This document shows, in pieces, positions 58,872 through 64,000 of a DNA stretch of 64,000 bases; positions within the stretch are counted from its first letter, which is position 1; every line of letters starts with the position of its first letter. A program made the position numbers and the translations under genes. Origin of the DNA: an uncultured Acidobacteriota bacterium (GTDB taxonomy: Bacteria; Actinomycetota; Acidimicrobiia; Spongiisociales; ZC4RG35). The notes under the pieces are model-generated. The model did not search any database. It was not told where the DNA came from and saw only the letters and a list, made by a program, of their open reading frames with translations. The stretch is from contig CAWHEU010000020.1 in assembly GCA_963828465.1 (NCBI GenBank), forward strand, positions 203,635 to 267,634, in the 5' to 3' direction.

Positions 58872-60142
58872 GAGATCTCGATGAGCTGGCTGCGCTCGGG
58901 TCCGACCGATACCCAGCCCACGGGCACCCCGGCCGCCTCCTGGATGTACTCGATGTAAGCCCGAGCCTCGGAAGGGAGGTCGCCGAATGAACGCACGCCG
59001 GTGATGTCCTCGTGCCAACCGGGAAGCTCGTCGTACTCAGGCTCGCAGTGATAGAGGACGCTCTGCTGGGCCGGGAAATGCTCGTGCCGCTCGCCCTGAC
59101 TGGAGTAGGCCGTCGCCACTTTGATGGTGTCGAAGGCGGACAGAATGTCCATCTTGGTCAAGAACAGACTGGTGAAGGTGTTGACCCGACAGGCGTACTT
59201 CAAGGCGACCAGGTCGAGCCAACCGCATCTCCTCCGACGCCCGGTGACAGTGCCGTACTCACCGCCGAGCTCGATCATCCGGTCCCCGATCTCGTCCTGA
59301 AGCTCGGTCGGGAACGGGCCGGTCCCGACCCGTGAGATGTAGGCCTTGGCCACTCCGATGATCTCGTCGATCGCCTTGGGGCCGATTCCCGACCCGACCG
59401 AGGCGCCTCCGGCGGTTGGGTTGGAAGAGGTGACAAAGGGATAGGTGCCATGGTCGATATCGAGCAGTGTGCCCTGGGCGCCCTCGAAGAGAACCTGCTT
59501 GCCGGCCTCGAGCCCCTCCCAGAGCAGGAGGGACGTGTCGGTGACATGGGGCTGGAGGCGCTCGGCGTAGCCGGCGTACTCCTCGATGATCTTCTCGGGG
59601 TCCATGGGAAGCGTGTTGTAGACCCGGGGCAGGATCTTGTTCTTCTCCACCAGGGCCGCCTCGACCTTCTCCCTGAAGATCTTGGGATCGAACAGGTCCT
59701 GGACCCGGATCCCGAAGCGGGCATATTTGTCGGTATAGGCGGGGCCGATCCCCTTCTTGGTGGTCCCGATCTGGTTCTTGCCCAGATAGCGCTCGATGGC
59801 GGCATCGAGCTTGCGGTGGTAGGGCATGATCACGTGTGCGTTCGAGGACACCCTCACTCGTGACGGGTCGAGGTTCTTCTCGGCGGCCATGTCCATCTCG
59901 GCGATCAGCACCCGTGGATCGATGACCGTGCCCGACGCGATGACGGGGATGCAGTCCGGGTAGAGGATCCCGGAGGGGATCATCGAGAGGGCGAGACGCT
60001 GCTCACCGACGACGATGGTGTGCCCGGCGTTGTTTCCCCCCTGGTAGCGGACCACGAAGTCGGCTGACTCGGCGAAGAAGTCCACGACCCGGCCCTTCCC
60101 CTCGTCACCCCACTGCGCGCCCAAGACAACGGTCGCTGGCAT
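58868..60142 (-). CDS. purA: Adenylosuccinate synthetase
   Basis: GAQWGDEGKG, GGNNAGHT, GTYPFVTSS, TGRRRRCGW. Confidence 0.97.
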   Translation of the reverse strand: MPATVVLGAQWGDEGKGRVVDFFAESADFVVRYQGGNNAGHTIVVGEQRLALSMIPSGILYPDCIPVIASGTVIDPRVLIAEMDMAAEKNLDPSRVRVSSNAHVIMPYHRKLDAAIERYLGKNQIGTTKKGIGPAYTDKYARFGIRVQDLFDPKIFREKVEAALVEKNKILPRVYNTLPMDPEKIIEEYAGYAERLQPHVTDTSLLLWEGLEAGKQVLFEGAQGTLLDIDHGTYPFVTSSNPTAGGASVGSGIGPKAIDEIIGVAKAYISRVGTGPFPTELQDEIGDRMIELGGEYGTVTGRRRRCGWLDLVALKYACRVNTFTSLFLTKMDILSAFDTIKVATAYSSQGERHEHFPAQQSVLYHCEPEYDELPGWHEDITGVRSFGDLPSEARAYIEYIQEAAGVPVGWVSVGPERSQLIEIS

Positions 60143-60224
60143 GACGTGGAGCGACGGTAGTCAGCACGCGGCCGCGGTTGGCGGTCGCGCCACGGTGGCG
60201 AGTCGTAGTCTGTCGTCCAGTCCG

Positions 60225-61202
60225 ATGAGCAACCTCTCGACCCGGGTGTATCGCAACGGCGTGCTCGAAACCGAGTCCTTCCCCGTCGCCCACGTTTCTG
60301 ACTATCTCGCCGAGCGGGACACGATGGTGTGGGTAGATCTCGTCCAGCCGTCGGCCGAGGCGCTCCATGAGCTGGCCGAGGAGCTGGGGTTGCACGAGCT
60401 GGCCGTCGAGGATGCGATAGGCCCCCGCCAACGTCCCAAGGTCGACAGATACGCCAGCCACCTCTTTCTCACTGCCTACCACGTCCGGCTCGACGTGGAG
60501 GCCGCGAATCTTCAGACCTTCGAGGTGAACGCCTTCTTCAACGACCGTTGGCTGATCACCGTCCGGAAGGACGACGACTTCCCCATCCAGGACGTCCTCG
60601 CCCGTTGGGACCGCTCGCCGGGCTTGATGAAGCACGGTGTGGGGTTTCTCCTCTACGGCCTTCTCGACGTGATCATCGACGACTACTTCGATGTGCTCGC
60701 CTCCTTCGACGACTTCTACGAGGAGGTGAGCGAGGGGATCTTCGCCGAGCGTCCCGTCGAGCCATCGAGACAACGGCATTGGTTCGAGATGCGGCGGGAG
60801 ACGGTGCAATTCCACCGCCTGGTCGTCCCGATGCGCGAGGTGGTGAGCGCGCTGATGCGGCACGAGCAGGAAGTTGTCCCCGAGGGGTTGTACCCGTATT
60901 ACCAGGACCTATACGACCACATCCTGCGGATAAGCGAATCCTCCGACTCGCTCCGTGATTTGGTCACAGCGATTGTCGAGACCAACTTCAGCCTCCGTGA
61001 CTACAGGCAGAACCTGATCGTGAAAAAGGTGTCGGGCTGGGCGGCGATCATCGCGGTACCGGCCTTGATAACCGGTTTCTACGGGATGAACGTCCCCTAT
61101 CCCGGGTCTGGCGAAATCTCCGGTGTGATCTGGGCGACGCTGCTGATCATCGGGGTCTCGGCCGGTCTCTATTACATCTTCAGACACAAAGACTGGCTGT
61201 GA
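60225..61202 (+). CDS. corA: CorA family Mg2+ transporter
   Basis: LHELAVED, QRPKVD, GFYGMN. Confidence 0.9.
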   Translation: MSNLSTRVYRNGVLETESFPVAHVSDYLAERDTMVWVDLVQPSAEALHELAEELGLHELAVEDAIGPRQRPKVDRYASHLFLTAYHVRLDVEAANLQTFEVNAFFNDRWLITVRKDDDFPIQDVLARWDRSPGLMKHGVGFLLYGLLDVIIDDYFDVLASFDDFYEEVSEGIFAERPVEPSRQRHWFEMRRETVQFHRLVVPMREVVSALMRHEQEVVPEGLYPYYQDLYDHILRISESSDSLRDLVTAIVETNFSLRDYRQNLIVKKVSGWAAIIAVPALITGFYGMNVPYPGSGEISGVIWATLLIIGVSAGLYYIFRHKDWL

Positions 61203-61274
61203 CCTTGCCGTAATTGGGACAGAGATGTGTCAAATGCGGTCGTGTGACTCCCAATTAGGACGCTGCGGCGACTC

Positions 61275-61312
61275 GAAACACAGCGTTCACGATGCAGCAA
61301 CGGCATGGAAAC
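61275..61312 (+). promoter_or_regulatory. GlnR-type binding site upstream of glnA
   Basis: GAAAC-n6-TTCAC-n6-GCAAC-n6-GAAAC (11-nt period). Confidence 0.7.
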
Positions 61313-61369
61313 GGGGAACGGGCTAAAAACTCCACGTTCACGCTTGGCAACCCAACCGAAAGGAGCACC

Positions 61370-62794
61370 GTGAGCAAGACGGCTGCCGACGTCTTGTCCC
61401 TCGTCGCCGACGAGGAGTACGAGTTCGTCGACCTTCGCTTCTGTGACCTGCCCGGCCAGGTCCAGCATTTCACCGTCCCGGTCAAGCAGTTGACGGAGGA
61501 TTCGTTCGAGGCCGGTTTTGGTTTCGACGGCTCGTCCATCAGAGGCTTCCAGCAGATCCAGGAATCGGACATGATCCTGATCCCGGACCCGGACACCGCC
61601 ATCGACGACCCGTTCCGCGCCCGCAAGACCCTCATCATCTATTGCTTCGTCAACGACCCGATCACTGGCACGCCCTATGACCGGGACCCGAGGTACGTGG
61701 CCAGGAAGGCGGAGGAGTACCTGATCAGCACCGGCCTCGCCGACACCTCGTACTGGGGTCCCGAGGCCGAGTTCTACATCTTCGACGATGTCCGCTTCGG
61801 GCAGAACCAGTTCTCCGGCTACTACTTCGTCGACTCGGTGGAGGGCGCCTGGAATTCGGGAGAGTTCGAGGAGGGGGGCAACCTCGGATACAAGCCCAGG
61901 TACAAGGAGGGCTACTTCCCTGTGCCGCCGACCGACCATTTCCAGGACCTCCGGTCGGAGATGACCGCCAACCTCGAGGCAGCCGGCATCGAGATCGAGG
62001 TGCAGCACCACGAGGTGGGCACCGCGGGTCAAGCCGAGATCGACATGCGCTACGACACGCTCCTCCGGACGGCCGACAACGTCACCCTGTACAAGTACAT
62101 CGTGAAGAACACGGCCTGGGAGTACGGCAAGTCGGTCACCTTCATGCCCAAGCCGATCTTCGAGGACAACGGGTCGGGCATGCACACCCACCAGTCGTTG
62201 TGGAAGGACGGCGAGCCGCTCTTCTTCGACGAGGCGGGGTACGCAGGTCTGTCCGATATGGCCCGCTGGTACATCGGCGGGTTGCTGAAGCACGCGGCGG
62301 CCATCCTCGCCTTTGCTGCCCCGACCACGAACTCATACCACCGCCTGGTCCCCGGCTACGAGGCACCTGTGAACCTGGTGTATTCGAGCCGGAACCGGTC
62401 GGCAGCGATCCGCATCCCCCAGTACTCACAGGCGCCCGGGGCCAAGCGGCTCGAGTTCCGCTGCCCGGACCCGTCGTGCAACCCGTACCTGGCCTTCTCG
62501 GCCATGCTCATGGCAGGTCTCGACGGAGTGCAGAACCGGATCGAGCCGCACGAGCCGGTGGACAAGGACATCTACGACCTGCCGCCTGCCGAGCTGGCCG
62601 GGCTGCCGTCGGTGCCGGGGAGCCTGACGGAGGCTCTCGATGCCCTGAAGGCGGACCATGAGTTCCTGCTCCAGGGAGGCGTCTTCTCACAGGAGCTGAT
62701 CGAAGCGTGGATCGATTACAAGATCGAGCACGAGGTCGACCCGGTGCGTCTACGCCCCCACCCTTACGAGTTCCACCTCTACTACGACATCTGA
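61370..62794 (+). CDS. glnA: Glutamine synthetase type I-beta
   Basis: RBS aaggag; [23 protein letters not shown], adenylylation site DIYDLP. Confidence 0.97.
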   Translation: MSKTAADVLSLVADEEYEFVDLRFCDLPGQVQHFTVPVKQLTEDSFEAGFGFDGSSIRGFQQIQESDMILIPDPDTAIDDPFRARKTLIIYCFVNDPITGTPYDRDPRYVARKAEEYLISTGLADTSYWGPEAEFYIFDDVRFGQNQFSGYYFVDSVEGAWNSGEFEEGGNLGYKPRYKEGYFPVPPTDHFQDLRSEMTANLEAAGIEIEVQHHEVGTAGQAEIDMRYDTLLRTADNVTLYKYIVKNTAWEYGKSVTFMPKPIFEDNGSGMHTHQSLWKDGEPLFFDEAGYAGLSDMARWYIGGLLKHAAAILAFAAPTTNSYHRLVPGYEAPVNLVYSSRNRSAAIRIPQYSQAPGAKRLEFRCPDPSCNPYLAFSAMLMAGLDGVQNRIEPHEPVDKDIYDLPPAELAGLPSVPGSLTEALDALKADHEFLLQGGVFSQELIEAWIDYKIEHEVDPVRLRPHPYEFHLYYDI

Positions 62795-62820
62795 GATGGG
62801 GCCCTCGGGGCCTCATCTCA
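62792..62820. terminator. Hairpin after glnA
   Basis: tgagatggggccc-tcg-gggcctcatctca. Confidence 0.6.
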
Positions 62821-62891
62821 CGTCTTACGTTCTACGTTCTGCGTAGTACGTAGGCCGAGGGTCCGTCGGCAGACGGACCCTCGTGCTGCCC

Positions 62892-64000
62892 TCAGAAGAG
62901 CTCGGGGCACCAGGGCTCTGGGTCCCAGGCGAAGGCGGCGTCCATCGCAGCGAGGGCGTCGGGGGCTCCGCTGAGTCGGCCTGCGCGGGCCCATCGTCGA
63001 AATCGGGGGCGTCCCATGTAGGCGGCGCTCAGATCCTCGAGATCGAGCACGACCGAAGGCTCTCGGCTGGTCGGTGCGCACTCGGCACCGGCACGGTCGG
63101 CTCGGAGGAGGTAAGAGCCGGTCAGATCGCCCAGCGGATCCTCGACTCCGACCACGACGTCGACCGGCGCGGAATAGGAGCGAGCCGTCAAGGCGGCGGG
63201 CACATCCATCAGGCGCACCCAGAGGGCGTCGTATCGAAACGAGAGGGCTCTCCGTGTCCCGGCCAGGAGGTCGAATATCGGGTCCCAGGATGGTCGAAGC
63301 CCGGACTCGACCCTGGCGACGAGGTCCTGATTGGCCACCATCGACCAGATACCGGCCCAGGCCTCGGGTGTGGCGGCGAAGAGATCCTGGATGATCACTT
63401 TCCCCGATCCGTGGCCCTCGTCCCAGTGCGCTTTCGTCCGGAAGGAGGCGAAACCCGAGGGGCCATCCTCACCGTCGACCACGGCGTAGCGGAGATTGGT
63501 CGTGTCACCGGTCGATTCGCTGTCCCAGAAGGAGCGGTCCTCCCACCATTGCCTGCTCCTGGCGAAGAACCCCGGGATCTCCATGCGAAGGCGGTCGTAC
63601 AGGGGCGGGACGATCTCGAGCGCCTGGGCACGATCGATGATGCGGGCTGGCCCGGGCTGTGGGGCGAGACGGCCGAGCGTCGCGTGATCGGGCTCGATTT
63701 CGATGTCGTAGCAAATGGAGGCGCACCCATACCCGAACCGCCCGTAGATGGCACTGTCAGATGCCCACAGGGCCGCAATCGGCTCGCCGTGCTCCCTCAC
63801 ATCGTCGAGATGAGCTCGCATCATTGCCCTGAGCACACCCTGACGCCGATGAGTGGGCGCCACCACCACGGCGGTTGTCCCGCCACAAGGGACCTGGGAG
63901 CCGGGGACTGTCATCTCGAGGCTGTAGGCACCCGATGTGCTGATCATCCTGCCGCCGTCGAATCCGCATCGGGTCCGGTCGAGGGGGAGAAGACGCAGAA
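62892..64000 (-). CDS. Eis-like GNAT acetyltransferase (5' truncated by window edge)
   Basis: VAPTHRRQGVL, LWASDSAIYGRFGYG, LWVRLMDV..AL.ARSY, C-terminal WCPELF. Confidence 0.88.
   Translation of the reverse strand, partial: LRLLPLDRTRCGFDGGRMISTSGAYSLEMTVPGSQVPCGGTTAVVVAPTHRRQGVLRAMMRAHLDDVREHGEPIAALWASDSAIYGRFGYGCASICYDIEIEPDHATLGRLAPQPGPARIIDRAQALEIVPPLYDRLRMEIPGFFARSRQWWEDRSFWDSESTGDTTNLRYAVVDGEDGPSGFASFRTKAHWDEGHGSGKVIIQDLFAATPEAWAGIWSMVANQDLVARVESGLRPSWDPIFDLLAGTRRALSFRYDALWVRLMDVPAALTARSYSAPVDVVVGVEDPLGDLTGSYLLRADRAGAECAPTSREPSVVLDLEDLSAAYMGRPRFRRWARAGRLSGAPDALAAMDAAFAWDPEPWCPELF

Overview
High-GC actinobacterial chromosome segment, most consistent with Acidimicrobiia (6C RNA, bS22, PAC2, GlnR-, LexA- and PafBC-type sites, many leaderless genes). 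I found no mobile elements, CRISPR arrays, tRNAs or rRNAs. The first 11 kb holds three ECF sigma/membrane-partner pairs, two with readable cognate promoters, a cupredoxin/cytochrome c module, and a citramalate synthase (cimA) behind an apparent Ile-sensing leader-peptide attenuator. From 11 to 26 kb are housekeeping enzymes (M3 peptidase, lnt, acs, trpB2, aminotransferases). A purine catabolism cluster occupies 26.6-37.7 kb (allB, alc-uraD fusion, uraH, uricase, 8-oxoguanine deaminase, xanthine dehydrogenase, adenine/adenosine deaminase) and includes an uncharacterised HpcH/citrate-lyase-fold enzyme where the glyoxylate-handling step is missing. De novo purine genes follow from 38.5 to 60.1 kb (purM, F, L, Q, S, C, B, E, D, A), then corA, glnA and a partial Eis-like acetyltransferase. 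Ten genes, including essential purB, carry single-base frameshifts that look like long-read sequencing errors. All calls come from reading motifs by eye; no database searches were run.
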